Source: the human T2T-CHM13v2.0 reference genome, Homo sapiens. Taken from it: 64,000 nt of DNA. A model generated the notes under the pieces. The model did not search any database, was not told where the DNA came from, and saw only the letters and a list, made by a program, of their open reading frames with translations. This document shows, one piece after another, positions 14,156 to 30,333 of the stretch (the first letter of the stretch is position 1; each line of letters begins with the position of its first letter). Made by a program: the position numbers and the translations under genes. The stretch lies in the NCBI RefSeq assembly GCF_009914755.1, contig NC_060948.1, one strand, 5' to 3'.

Positions 14156-14530
14156 TGTCACACGCATCCATGTGAAGTGAGTCCATTAACAGGCTTTATG
14201 TGAGCAACAAGGCTGTTTATTTCACTTGGGTGCAAGTGGACTGAGTCTGAGAAAGGAGTCAGCAAAGGCAAATGGGGTGGGGCAGCTTTATGAGATTTAG
14301 GTAGGTAGTGGAAAATTACAGTCAAAAGGAATGGTTCTTTTGTGAGTAGGGGTGGGATCACAGGGTCCTTAGCAGGGAGCTTCCGAGACTCATTGTCCAG
14401 GAGAAGGAATTTCACAAGGCAATGACAGGAGTTAAGGCAAAAACTGGCCATTTTCACTTCTTTTGTGGTTCTTCAGTTGCCTCAGGCCATCTGGATGTAT
14501 ACATGCAGGCTTAGGCTCAGATGCCTGACA
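14156..14530 (-). repeat. 5' LTR (LTR7 family)
   Basis: Direct repeat of 9375-9752, adjacent to the PBS. Confidence 0.95.
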
Positions 14531-14574
14531 GTATAGGTATTGGATTATGGGGTTCTTTCTTTTCTTTTTCTTTT

Positions 14575-14863
14575 CTTTTCTTTTCTTTCTTTTTTTTGGG
14601 GGGGTGGGGGATACGTTCTAGCTGTGTTGCCCTGTCTGGAGTGCAGTAGCTTGATTACGGCTTACTGAAGGCTCCACCTTCCATCAAGTGGTAGTTGTGC
14701 CAGTTGTGTGCTACAATGCCTGGCTATTTTTTTCTTTTTACTATTTTATAAAGATGAGGTCTTGCTATGTTTCCCAGGCTGGTCTCAAACACCTGGCCTC
14801 AAGCAATCCTACCTAAGCCTCCCAAAGTGCTTGGATTATAAGCATGAACAACCATGCCTGGCA
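14575..14863 (-). mobile_element. Diverged AluJ-type SINE
   Basis: Antisense Alu motifs (cttgctatgtttcccaggctggtctc, cccaaagtgcttggattata). Confidence 0.82.
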
Positions 14864-14869
14864 GGCAGT

Positions 14870-16680
14870 GTTTCTAAATAGTATTTTCCTAATGTTAAAA
14901 GTTATTGAGCACCTTTTCACATACTTATTTGCCATTTGTATATTCTCTTCAGTGAAATATCATTTTATCTCATTTACCAGTTTTCTGAATGGATTTAGAG
15001 TGTGTTTCTTTACTGCTAAGTTTGGAGTATTCTTTTTTCTTAATTACCAGTTGGTTTTCATACATGTCTGCCAATCTATAATTGGCCTTTTCGTCTTGTG
15101 AATAAGAGTGTTTGTCGACCAAAATGTTTTTAACTTTGACTAAGTGAAATTCACCAATATTTTTTCTTTTATTTGTCATGCTTCCTGTGTCATCTCTAAG
15201 AACTCCTTGCCTGAGCTTAGGCACAGTAAAAGTTCTCTTCTTGCTATTGTAATTTTTGCTAAAGGTTTTTACAGTTTTATGCTTTATACTTAAGTCCATG
15301 ATCCTATTAGATTGTATTTTTAATGCTAATAGATTCAGAGGCTACATGGAGACAATTGTTATAGGGATATATTGTATACTGGTAGAATTTGTGCTTCTGG
15401 TGTATTTATCAGCCAAACAGTGAACATTGTTCTGAATATGTCATTTTTCATCTGTCAATCTTTTCCCTCACCTTCTTCTGGAATCCCTAGTGTCTATTAA
15501 TTTTTTACCTTTATGCTCATGTGTACCTATGGTCTAGCTCCATTTGCAACTGAGAATATGAGTTTCTCATTCTGAATTATTTTACTTAAAATAATGGCCT
15601 CCCATTCCACCCATGTTACTATTAATACAAAAACATAATTTCATGGCTACATGTCATTCTATATATATAATAAATATGTCATATATTATAAAATATTGTC
15701 TTTATTGAATAATTCATTGATGGACACAAGTTGATTCCGTGACATTGCTATTAATAATAGTGCTGTTATAAACATACAAATGCAAGTGTCTTTTTGATGT
15801 AACCATTTATTTTCCTTTGAGTAGATTCTCAGTAATGGGATTGCTGTGTCAAATACTAGTTATACTTAGTCCCTTGTAAAACCTCTCTATTGATTTCCAT
15901 AGAGGTTATACTAATTTACATTCACACCAGCTGTCTATCTTCTTCTTCTTTTTCTTCTTCCTCTTCTTCTTCTTCTCCTCCCTCCTCTTCTTTCTTCTTC
16001 TTTTCCTTCTTCTTCTGTTGTATTTTTTTTGACCGAGTTTCACTTTTGTCACCCAGGAGTGCATTGGAATGCAATGGCATGATCTCAGCTCACAGCAACC
16101 TCCACCTCCCAGGCTCAGGTGATTCTCCTGCCTCAGCCTCCCTGGTAGCTGGGAATATAGGCACACATCACCCTGCCCAGCTAATTTTTGTCTCTTTAGT
16201 AGAAATGAGGTTTCACCATTTTAGCCAGGCTGGTCTTGAACTCCTGACCTCAGGTGATCTGCCTGCCTCGGCCTCCCAAGGTGTTAAGATTACAGACGTG
16301 AACCACTGCACCAAGCCGGTGTTCTTTTTTTCATCACACCCTTGCCATATATTAATTTTTCAAATAAATTGTAGGTCATAAGTTGAGGTTATATCTGATT
16401 CTTTGTTTCCTATGGATATCCAATTCCTCCAGCATTATGGTCTGGCAAATTTGAGGAGGTTTCAGCTTTTCTTTCTCTGAGCACTTTTTTAGCCTGCCCT
16501 CTCTTGTCTTGTCTTATACTCGGACTCTCATGACACAAACTATAGATATTTTGTTATAAGACCACAGGTCCCTATGCATCTACTCATATTTCTTCCAACA
16601 TACTTGACCCCTTATCTCTGTATCTCAACCTTGAAGCTATCCATTTTGTTTGTTTTGTCATTGTTTCTAAATTTTTTCAT
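14870..16680 (-). mobile_element. Patchwork of ancient L1M/L1MA fragments, interrupted by an Alu
   Basis: Degenerate ORF2 C-terminal, 3'UTR and ORF1 motifs in antisense. Confidence 0.6.
15938..16318 (-). mobile_element. AluS-type SINE with a tail expanded into a (TTC)n/(GAA)n microsatellite
   Basis: Alu body 16022-16318; imperfect TTC/TCC array 15938-16015. Confidence 0.88.
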
Positions 16681-16689
16681 TGTAAGATT

Positions 16690-19564
<2,875 letters not shown>

Positions 19565-19566
<2 letters not shown>

Positions 19567-21604
19567 TTAAAAAGCTTATTTTGGCTGGATATGAAATACT
19601 GGGTTGAAAATTCTTTTCTTTAATGTTGAATATTGGCCCCACTCTCCTCTGGCTTATAGGGTTTGTGCCCAGAGATCCACCATTAGTCTGATGGGCTTCC
19701 CTTTGTGGGTAATCCAACCTCTCTCTGGCTGCAATCAATATTTTTTCCTTCATTTCAGATTCCTTCATGGGGAATCTGACGATTATGTGTCTTGCAGTTG
19801 CTCTTTTCAAGGAATATATTTGTGGTGGTCTCTGTATTTCCTGAAATTGAATGTTGGCCTGCCTTGCTAGGCTGGGTAAATTCTCCTGGATAATATCCTG
19901 AAGGGTGTTTTCTAACTTTGTTCCATTCTCCCCATCACTTTCAGGTACACCAATCAAAGGTAGGTTTGGTCTTTTCACATAGTCCGATATTTCCTGCAGG
20001 CTTTGTTCATTTCTTTTCACTCTTTTTTTCTGTAATCTTGTCTTCTTGCTTTATTTCATTAATTTGATGTTCCATCACTGATATCCTTTCTTTTGCTTGA
20101 TGAAATCAGCTATTGAAGCTTGCATATGCTGCACGAATTTCTTGTGCTGTCATTTTAACTCCATCAGGTCATCTGTGTTCTTTTCTACACTGGTTATTCT
20201 AGTTAGCCATTCATCTAACCTTGTTTCAAGGTTTAGTTTCCTTACAACGGGTTAGAACATGCTCCTTTAGCTCAGAGAAGTTTGTTATTACCCACATTTT
20301 GAAGCCTACTTCTGTCAACTCGTCAAACTCAACCTCTGTCCAGTTTTGTTCCTTTGCTGGCAAGGAGTTGCGAATCTTTGGAGGGGAAGAGGATTCGGTT
20401 TTTTGGAATTTTTCGCCTTTCTTTTGTGATTTCTCCCCATCTTTGTGGTTTTATCTACCATATTTTCTTTGATGTTGTTGAACTACATGGGTTTTCGTTG
20501 TGGATGTCCTTTCTGTTGATGTTGATGCTATTCCTACCTTTTTGTTAGTTTTCCTTCAAACAGGCCCCTCTGCTGGAGGTTCATTGGAGTTTGCTGGAGT
20601 TCCACATCAGACCCTGTTTACCTGGGTATAACCAGCAGAGGCTTCAGAACAGCAAATATTCCTTTTTTATCCTTCCTCTGGAAGCTTCATCCTACAAGAG
20701 AACCTGCCAGCTGCCAGCCAGATCTCTCCTATATGAGGTCTAATCAGAGATTTGACTTCTGAGTATGAGGTGTCTGTCTGCTCCCTCTGGGAGGTGTCTC
20801 CCAGTCAGGCTATGCACGGTTCAGGGACCCACTTGAGGAGGTAATCTCTCTGATATCAGAGCTGAACTGCCATGCTGGGAGAATTATTGGTCTCTTCAGT
20901 GCTGTCAGGCTGGAACATTTAAGTCTGCAGTAACTTGGCCCACAGCCATCACTTCCCCAAGGTGCTCTGTCCCAGGGAAATGAGGATTTTATCTGTAAGT
21001 CCCTGACTGGGGCTGCAGCCTTTTGTTCAGATATGCCTTGCCTACAGAGGTAGAATCTAGAGAGGCAATCAGCCTTGCTGATCTGCAGTGGGCTCCGCCC
21101 AGTTTGAGCTTCCTAGCAGTGTTGTTTACCGTGTGAGGATAAAACTGCCTACTCAAGCCTCAGCAAAGGCTAACGCCCCTCCCCACATCAAGCTCCAGCT
21201 TCCCAGGTAGATCTCAGACTGCCGTGCTAGCAGTGAGGATTCCAAACCAATGGACCTTAGCTTGCTGGGCTCCGTGGGCATGGGACCCACAGAGCCAGGC
21301 ACCAGAGGGAATCTCCTGGTCTGCCAGTTGCAAAGACCATGGGAAAAGTGCAGTATTTTTGCTGGAGTCTACCATTCTTCACGGTACAGACTCTTGTGGC
21401 TTCCCTTGGCTAGGAAAGGGAAATACCCCAACCCCGCACGTTTCCCAGGTGAGGCGATCCCTCGCCCTGATTTGGCTTGCCCTCCATGGGCTGCACCCAT
21501 TGGCCAATGAGGTACCTCAGTTGGAAATGCAGAAATCACCGTCTTCTGCCTCCTCACTGGGAGCTGCAGACCGGAGCTATTCCTATTTGGCCATCTTGGA
21601 ACCT
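19565..21604 (-). mobile_element. L1PA7-like element, 5' half (complete 5'UTR and most of ORF1)
   Basis: 5' terminus CCAAGATGGCCAAATAGGAA; PA7-type UTR and ORF1 (GACAGAAGTAGGCTTC...TAATAACAAACTTCTC). Confidence 0.88.
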
Positions 21605-22024
21605 ATACTGAAATTTTACCCCTTACTGAGAATAATTACCAAATAAATAGAATAATGCCTATCATATGATCATTGAAAAAGCATTCGTTGTCACCTGTGA
21701 ATGTTGAGAAATATTTTTTATGTGAAGAGATAGCACTTTTTGTAGGTTTTTTGTTACTTTATAGAAATAGAGGCCAATTATTCATTTTTCTACATCATGC
21801 ATTTAAAATGTTACTTTTTAATTAAAAACATAATCTTGAGCTCTTTTATGACAAATGATATCAATCTATTTCATTCTTTTAAATTTCTGTTGTATTTCTC
21901 TGTACTTTACACCTTACTTTAAGCGAGCCCTCTTCTATTGATGGAAATAAAGTATTTCAATAGTTACTTCAAATGTTCTGTTTTTCATTTGTCAGTTTTT
22001 TTTTAAATAAAAACAATGCATCTA

Positions 22025-22323
22025 TTTATTTATTTGTTTATTTAAGAGACAGTGCCTCACTTTGTCTCCCACGGTGGAGTGAAGTAGTGCAATCACAGCT
22101 CACTGCATCTTTGAACTCCTGGGATTAAGTGATCTTCCATCTCAGCCTCTCAAGTAGCTGTGATTATAGACAGGCATGATTAAGTCTGACAAATTTTTGA
22201 TTTAGTTTTTTATACAAAGAGCTATGTTGCACAAGCTGGTCCCAAACTCCTGATCTCAAGCAATCTTCCCATTTTGGTCTCCCAAACCACTGGAATTACA
22301 GAGAGGTTCCACTATGCCCAGCT
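22025..22323 (-). mobile_element. Diverged AluJ-type SINE
   Basis: Antisense Alu dimer with J marks. Confidence 0.82.
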
Positions 22324-22452
22324 CCTTTTTTTTTTTGAAATTGTATTTTAATACCTGTCTACAAATCATTTTCTGTACATGTAGTCATTTGTGCACTCAA
22401 TCTTAGCATTATAACTTTGAGGTCAGAGGATATAAAAAACTAAATTTCTAAG

Positions 22453-23440
22453 TGTAGTGTCCAGCCCTACAGGGCTTGTGGGTTTTAAAAATAAAGACAT
22501 AAGACAAAGAGAGAGAAAAAGACAGCTGGGCCCGGGGGACCACTATCACTAATGCACGGAGTCAGGTAGTGGCCCCGAATGCCTGGACTTGCTGATATGT
22601 ATTGTATACAAGGCAAGGGGATAGGATAAGGAGGTGAGTCATCTCAAATCATTGATAAGTTCAAGCAAGTCACGTATCCACAATGCAAGGGGTCTCTCCA
22701 TTTGTGGTAGTCGAAGCAGAGAGGGAGGACAGCATACATCAGCATTTCTTCTGTGAACTTATCCGAAAGATCAAAGACTTTAATACTTTCACTAATTTTG
22801 GTACTGCTATCTTCTAAGAACTTAAGAGAGGCAGCAGGTGTACAGGCAGAACATGAAAGTGGACAAGGGGTGTGACCACTGAAACACTGTACCACAGGGA
22901 GACGTTTAAGCCTCCAGATGACTGTGGGCAGGCCTGGCTAATGGCAGGCCTCCCACAAAAGCTGGTGGAGCAGAGTGTTCTCTAACTCCTCCAGGGAAAG
23001 GGAGACTCCCTTTCTCAGTCTGCTAAGTAACAGGTGCCTTCCCGGGCACTGGCACTACTGCTAGACCAAGGTCTGCTAAGTAATGGGTGCCTTACCAGGC
23101 ACTGGTGCTACCGCTAGACCAAGGAGCCCTCAAGCATCCCTTATCTGAGTGTGACAGATGGCTCACACTCTTGTCTTCTGGTCACTTCTTACAATGTCCC
23201 TTCAGCTCTTAACTCTGTATGGCTTGGTGTTTCCTAGGTTATGAATATAAAACAGAGATTATTATAATAATAAAACAAAGACCAACAATACCAACTAATG
23301 ATTCATAATATTCATATGTAATCAGATCTATATCCTATTTCTAGTATGTCTTTTCTTATTCTAATTATTTTCTTTATTATACTGGAACAGCTTGTGCTTT
23401 CAGTCTCTTGCCTCAGCACCTAGGTGGCTTTCTACTCACA
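22453..23440 (-). mobile_element. LTR13 (HERV-K HML-4) solo LTR
   Basis: Minus strand starts TGTGAGTAGAAAGCCACCTAGGTGCTGAGGCAAGAGAC; 6-bp TSD tctaag/actaag; homologous to 48469-49346. Confidence 0.85.
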
Positions 23441-24344
23441 ACTAAGCTTTTCTAAATTTTCTCCAAAGGTTTTACTAACTGAGGTTCCTTATGGGTCTAT
23501 ATGTGATTCTCTAAATGCCCATCTCTTCTAAGTCCTTGTTTGCTTGAGATTGTTAAAATTTAGCAAAATAAAAGATGAAAGATTATATCTATGTTTTAAT
23601 TAGAATTTTAATTAAGAGAAAGGTTATTTTTGCAGACGTAATTAAACCCTGCTATTTCCCTTTCTGTCATGTGCCTGATAAAACTATTGGTTCTTATCCA
23701 ATATACACAAGCGTGTTCAAATAAAATAAATTAAATAATAGCATATGTAAACATTTACAGATTAATCTGAGAAAACTTCCCAGGAATAAGACATATGTCT
23801 ATAGGCTTTACATTATAGATATATCTCTATAAGCTTTATATCATATAATATAAAGATATATTATATTTATATATTATATTTATATTTTATATTATTCCCA
23901 AAGTAGATCAACCTGAGATATTCTAGACTTTTCAGAAAACAAAAAATAAATCAATGGGGCAGCATGTTACATGATAAGACCACTTATGTGGGTTAGGGTC
24001 CAATAAGACAGGTGTTAGTTGTCAAGACAGAAATGTTCAGTGTTAGAAGACCATGTAACAATGTATACAAACTACTGAAAGAAGAAATGTGTAAACTACC
24101 AGTTTATATAACCATGCTGTCATTAAAAGATAGTGCCCATGGGGGAAAAATGCACATTTAGGATGTATAGTTCCTGCAACTTCTGTTAGAAAAAACACCA
24201 AATAACTATTTTGTTTTCTATTGATGCTACTAAAAGTTACCAAAACTTATCAGCTGCAAATCTGATTGGATCAAATAAAAGAAACAAAGTCCCATCAAAA
24301 AAACTAAAAGATATAAAGGAGAACCAAATAAAAATGTTACAATG

Positions 24345-26439
24345 GTCCGTGATCCCAGTGTAGCCTAACTGGGAGGTTCCCCCTAGTAGGGGCAGACTGA
24401 CACCTCACACGGCCGGGTACTCCTCTGAGACAAAACATCCAGAGGAATGATCTGGCAGCAATATTTGCTGCTCACCAATATCCGCTCTTCTGCCACCTCC
24501 GCTGCTGATACCCAGGCAAACAAGGTCTGGAGGGGACCTCCAGCAAACTCCAACAGAAATGCAGCTGAGGGTCCTGACTGTTAGAAGGAAAACTAACAAA
24601 CAGAAAGGACATCCACAACAAAACCCCATCTGTATGTCACCATCATCAAAGACCAAAGCTAGATAAAACCACAAAGATGGGGGAAAAAACAGAGCAGAAA
24701 AACTGGAAACTCTAAAAATCAGAGCACCTCTCCTCCACCAAAGGAACGCAGCTCCTCACCAGCAATGGAATAAAGCTGGACAGAGTATGACTTTGATGAG
24801 TTGAGAGAAGAAGGCTTCAGATGATCAAACTACTCTATGCTAAAGGAGGAAGTTCAAACCCATGACAAAGAAGTTAAAAACCTTGAAAAAAAATTAGATG
24901 AATAGCTAACTACAATAACCAATGCAGAGAAGTCCTTAAAGGACTTGATGGAGCTAAAAACCAAGGCAGGAGAACTACATGAGGAATGCACAAGCCTCAG
25001 TAGCTGATTTGATCAACTGGAAGAAAGGGTATCAGTGATAGAAGATCAAATGAATGAAATGAAGTGAGAAGAGAAGTTTAGAGAAAGAAAAGAATAAAAA
25101 GAAATGAACAAAGCCACCAGAAAATATGGGACTATGTGAAAAGACCAAATCTACATCTGATTGGTGTACCTGAAAGTGATGGGGAGAATGGAACCAAGTT
25201 GGAAAACACTCTGCAGGATATTATACAGGAGAACTTCCCCAATTTAGCAAGGTAGGCCAACATTCAAATTCAGGAAATACAGAGAATGCCACAAAGATAC
25301 TCCTCAAGAAGAGCAACTCCAAGACACATAATTGTCAGATTCACCAAAGTTGAAACGAAGGAAAAAATGTTAAGGGCAGCCAGAGAGAAAGGTCGGGCTA
25401 TCCACAAAGGGAAGCCCATCAGATTAACAGATGATCTCTTGGCAGAAACTATACAAGCCAGAAGAGAGTGAGGGCCAATATTCAACATTCTTAAAGAGAA
25501 GAATTTTCAACCCAGTATTTCATATTTAGCCGAATTAAGCTTCATAAGTGAAGGAGAAATAAAATACTTTACAGACAAGCAAATGCTGAGAGATTTTGTC
25601 ACCACCAGGCCTTCCCTAAAAGAGCTCCTGAAGGAAGCACTAAACATGGAAAGGAACAACTGGACCAGCCACTGCAAAAACATGCCAAATTGCAAAGACT
25701 ATCAAGGCTAGGAAGAAACTGCATCAACTAATGAGCAAAATAACCAGCTAACATCATAATGACAGGATCAAATTTACACATAACAATATTAACCTTAAAT
25801 GGAAATGGGCTAAATGCTTCAAGTAAAAGACACAGACTGGCAAATTGGATAAAGAGTCAAGACCCATCAGTGTACTGTATTCAGGAAACCCAGTTCACAT
25901 GCAGAGACACACATAGGCTCAAAATAAAGGGATGGAGGAAGATCTACCAAGCAAATGGAAAACAAAAAAAGGCAAAGGTTGCAATCCTAGTCTCTGATAA
26001 AACAGACTTTAAACCAACAACGATCAAAAGAGACAAGGCCATTACATAATGGTAAAGGGATCAATTCAATAAGAAGAGCTAACTATTCTAAATATATATT
26101 CACCCAATACAGGAGCAACCAGATTCATAAAGCAAGTCCTTAGAGACCTACAAAGAGACTTAAACTCCCACACAATAATAATGGGAGACTTTAACACCCC
26201 ACTGTCAATATGAGACAGATCAGAAAGACAGAAAGTTAACAAGGATATCCAGGAATTGAACTCAGCTCTGCACCAAGTGGACCTAAAAGACATCTACAGA
26301 GCTCTCCAACCCAAATCAACAGAATATACATTCTTCTCAGCATCACACTGCACTTATTCTAAAATTGACCACATAGTCGGAAGTAAAGCACTCCTCAGCA
26401 AATGTAAAAGAGCAGAAATTATAACAAACTGTCTCTCAG
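24345..26439 (+). mobile_element. L1PA4-like element, 5' half (truncated 5'UTR, ORF1, EN domain)
   Basis: ORF1 and MTGSN.. endonuclease peptides; PA3/4-type diagnostics (ccttaaaggac.tgatggagc, ggatatccaggaattgaac). Confidence 0.9.
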
Positions 26440-29400
26440 CCAGTGAGAAAACATGGCACATTGTAAAGGCCATTGATGCTATTAAGAAACTGCATCAAGT
26501 AATGGGCAAAATAATCAGCAAGCATTATAATGACAGGATCAAATTCACACATAACATATTAACCTTAAGTGTAAACTGGCTAAATGTCTCAATTAAAAGA
26601 CACAGACTGGCAAATTGGATAAACAGTCAAAACAATCCATGTGCAGTGTTCAGGAGACCCATCTCAAGTGCAAAGACACACATAGGATCAAAATAAAGGG
26701 ATGGAGGAAGTCATCTACCAAGCAAATTGAAAGAAAAAAAAGCAGAGGTTGCAATCCTAGTCTCTAATAAAACAGACTTTAAACCAACAAAGATCAAAAA
26801 AGACAAAGAAAAGCACTATATAATGATAAAGAGATCAAAGCTAAAAGAAGAGCTAACTACCCTAAATATATATATGCACCCAATCCAGGAACACTCAGAT
26901 TCATAAAGCAAGTTTTTAGGGACCGAAAAAGAGACTTAGACTCCCACACAATAATAGTGCGGGAATTTCACACCCCACTGACAATATTAGACAGATCAGT
27001 GAGACAGAGAATTAACAAGGATACCCAGGACTTGAACTCAGCTCTGGACCAAGCAGACCTAAAAGACATCTACAGAACTCTCCACCCAAAATCAACAGAA
27101 TATACATTCTTCTCAGCACCACACGGCACTTATTCTAAAAATTGACCACATAATTGGAAGTAAAACAATCCCCAGCAACTGAGCAACCTGCTCCTGAATG
27201 ACTACTGGCTAAATCGCAAAATTAAGGCAGAAGTAAAGATGTTCTTTGAAACCAATGAGAAAAAGGACAAAATGTACCAGAATCCCTGGGACACATGTAA
27301 AGCAATGTGTAGAAAGAAATTTATAGCACTAAATGCCCACAAGAGAAAGCAGGAAAGATCTAAAATTGACACCCTAACATCACAATTAAAAGAACAAGAG
27401 AAACAAGAACAAACGATCTCAAAAGCTAACAGAAAAGAAGAAGTAACTAAATTCAGAGAAGAACTGAAGGAGATAGAGAAACAAAAATCTCTTAAAAAAT
27501 CAATGAATCGAGCTGGTTTTTTGAAATGATCAACAAAATAGATGACTAGCAAGAATCATAAAGAAGAAAAGAGAGAAGAATCAAACAGATGCAATAAAAA
27601 ATGAAGGGGGTATCACCATCAATTTCACAGAAACACATACACCCTCCCAAGACTAAACCAGAAAGAAGTCGAATCTCTGAATATACCAATAACAACCAAA
27701 AAAAGTCCAGGACCAGAGAGATTCACTGCCAAATTCTACCAGAGGTACAAAGAGGAGCTGTTACCATTCCTTCTGAAACTATTCCAATCAACAAAGAAAG
27801 AAGGAATCCTCCCTAACTCATTTTATGAGGGCAGAATCATCCTGATAGCAAAGCCTGGCAGAGACACAACAAAAAAGTAGAATTTTAGGCCAATATCCGG
27901 GATAAACATCAATGCAAAAACCCTCAGTAAAATACTATCAAACCGAATCCAGCAGCACATCAAAAAGCTTATCCACCACGATCAAGTCAGCTTCATCCCT
28001 GGGATGCAAAGCTGGTTCAACATATGCAAATCAATCCATGTAATCCATCACATAAACAAAACCAATGACAAAAACCACATTTTTATCTCAATAGATGGAA
28101 AAAAGTCCTTTGACAAAATTCAACAGCCCTTCATGCTGAAAACTCTCAATAAACTAGTTATTGATGGAGCATATCTCAAAATAATAAGAGCTATTTATGA
28201 CAAACCAACAGTCAATATCATACTGAATGGGCAAAAACTGGAAGCATTCCCTTTGAAAACTGGCACAAGAAAAGGATGCCCTCTCGCCACTCCTATTAAA
28301 CATAATATTGAAAATTCTGGCCAGGGTTATCAGGCTAGAGAAATAAATAAATGATATTTAATCATGAATAGAGGAAGTCAAATTGTCTCTGTTTGCAGAT
28401 GACCTGATTGTATATTTAGAAAACTCCAACGACTCAGCTCCAAATCTTCTTAAGCTGATAAGCAACTTCTTCAAAGTCTCAGGATACAAAATCGATGTGT
28501 AAAAAATCACAAGCATTCCTGTACACCAATAACAGAAAAACAGAGAGCCAAATCATGAGTCAACTCACATTCACCATTGTTACAAAGAGAATAAAATACC
28601 TAGGAATGCAACTTAAAAGGGATGTGAATGACCTCTTCAAGGAGAACTACAAACCACTGCTCAATGAAATGAAAGAGGACACAAACAAATGAAAGGCCAT
28701 TCCATGCTCATAGATAGGAAGAATCAATGTCGTGAAAATGGCCATACTGCTCAAAGTAACTTATGGATTCTATGCTATTCCCATCAAGCTACCACTGACT
28801 TTCTTTATAGAATTAAAAAAAAAAAAAACTACTTTAAATTTCACAGGACCAAAAAGAGCCCTCATAGCCAAGACAATCCTAAGTAAAAATAACAAAGCTG
28901 GAGGCCTCACACTACCTTACTTCAAATATACTACAAGGCTTCAGTAACCAAAACAGCATGGTACTGGTACCAAACAGATATATAGACAAATGGAACAGAA
29001 TAGAGGTCTCAGAAATAACGTCACACATCTACAACCATCTGATCTTTGACAAACCTGACTAAAACATGCAATGGGGAAGGGATTCCCTATTTAATGAATG
29101 TTATTGGGAAAACTGACTAGCCATACGTAGAAAGCTGAAATTGGATCCATTCCTTTCATCTTATACAAAAATTATCTCAAGGTGGTTAAAGACTTAAATG
29201 TAAGAAACAAAACCATAAAAACCCTAGAAGGAAACCTAGGCAATACCATTCAAGTCATAGGCATAGATAAAGACTTAATGACTGAAACACCAAAAACAAT
29301 GGCAACAAAAGCCAAAATTGACAAATGGGATCTAGTTAAACTAAAGAGCTTCTGCACAGCAAAAGAAACTATCATCAGAGTAAACAGGCAACCTACAGAA

Positions 29401-30333
29401 TGGGAGAAAAATTTTGCAATCTATGTATCTGACAAAGAGCTAATACGCAAAATGTAAAATGAAATTAAACAAATTTACAAGAAAAACACAAACAACCCTA
29501 TTAAGGAGTGGGCAAAGGATATGAACAGACACTTTTCAAAAGAGGACATTTCTTCAGCCAGCAAACATATAAAAATGCTCATCATCACTGGTCATTAGAT
29601 AAATGCAATTCAAAACCACAATGAAATACCATCTCACTCCAGTTAGAATGGAAATCATTAAAAAAATCAGTGAACAACAGATGCTGGGAAGGATGTGGAG
29701 AAATAGGAACACTTTACACTGTTGTTGGGAGTGTAAATCAGTTCAACCATGTGAAAGACTGTGTGGCAATTCCTCAATGATCTAGAACTATAAATACCAT
29801 TTGACCCAGCAATCCCATTACTGGGTATATATCCAAATGATTGTAAATCATGCTACTATAAAGGCACATGCACACGTATGTTTATTGCAGCACTATTCAC
29901 AATACCAAAGACTTAGAACCAATCCAAATGTCCATCAACAATAGACTGAATAAAGAAAATGTGGCACATGTACATCATGGAATACTATGTAGCCAGAAAA
30001 TGGATGAGTTCATTTCCTTTGCAGGGACATGGATAAAGCTGGAAGCCATCATTCTCAGCAAACTATCACAAGGACAGCAAATCAAATACCACATGTTCTC
30101 ACTCAAAGTGGAAGTTGAACAATGAGAACACATGGACACAGGGAGGGAAACATCACAAACTGGGGCCTGTTGAGGGGTGGGGGAGCTAGGGGAGGGATAG
30201 CATTAGAAGAAATACCTAATGTAGATGATTAGTTGATGGGTGCAGCAAACCTACATGGCACTTGGATATGTAAATAACAAGCGGGTACATTGTGCATATG
30301 TACCCCAGAACTTAAAATATAATTAAAAAAAAA
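26437..30333 (+). mobile_element. L1PA7-like element, 3' part (ORF1 end, ORF2, 3'UTR, poly-A) with internal deletions
   Basis: A second EN domain directly follows the first. PA6/7-type 3'UTR gctaggggagggatagcatta.aagaaatacctaatgtagatg and gacttgaactcagctctggacc. Confidence 0.9.

Larger units (their letters stand above)
9375..14530 (-). mobile_element. HERV-H provirus with two LTR7-family LTRs; defective gag/pro, pol almost entirely deleted, partial env
   Basis: Two ~375-bp direct LTRs, 5-bp TSD gtgta/gtata, PPT AAGAAGACAGGAA, gag MGKWSEV, zinc knuckle PPPGSCFKC, decayed protease (INMEATHSTL), env NPSLANNCWLC. Inserted into an old L1. Confidence 0.95.

Noticed and set aside
25759-27180. Tandem EN domains as a novel double-endonuclease LINE
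   Set aside because: The two copies carry different subfamily diagnostics and are explained by the inversion junction at 26437.
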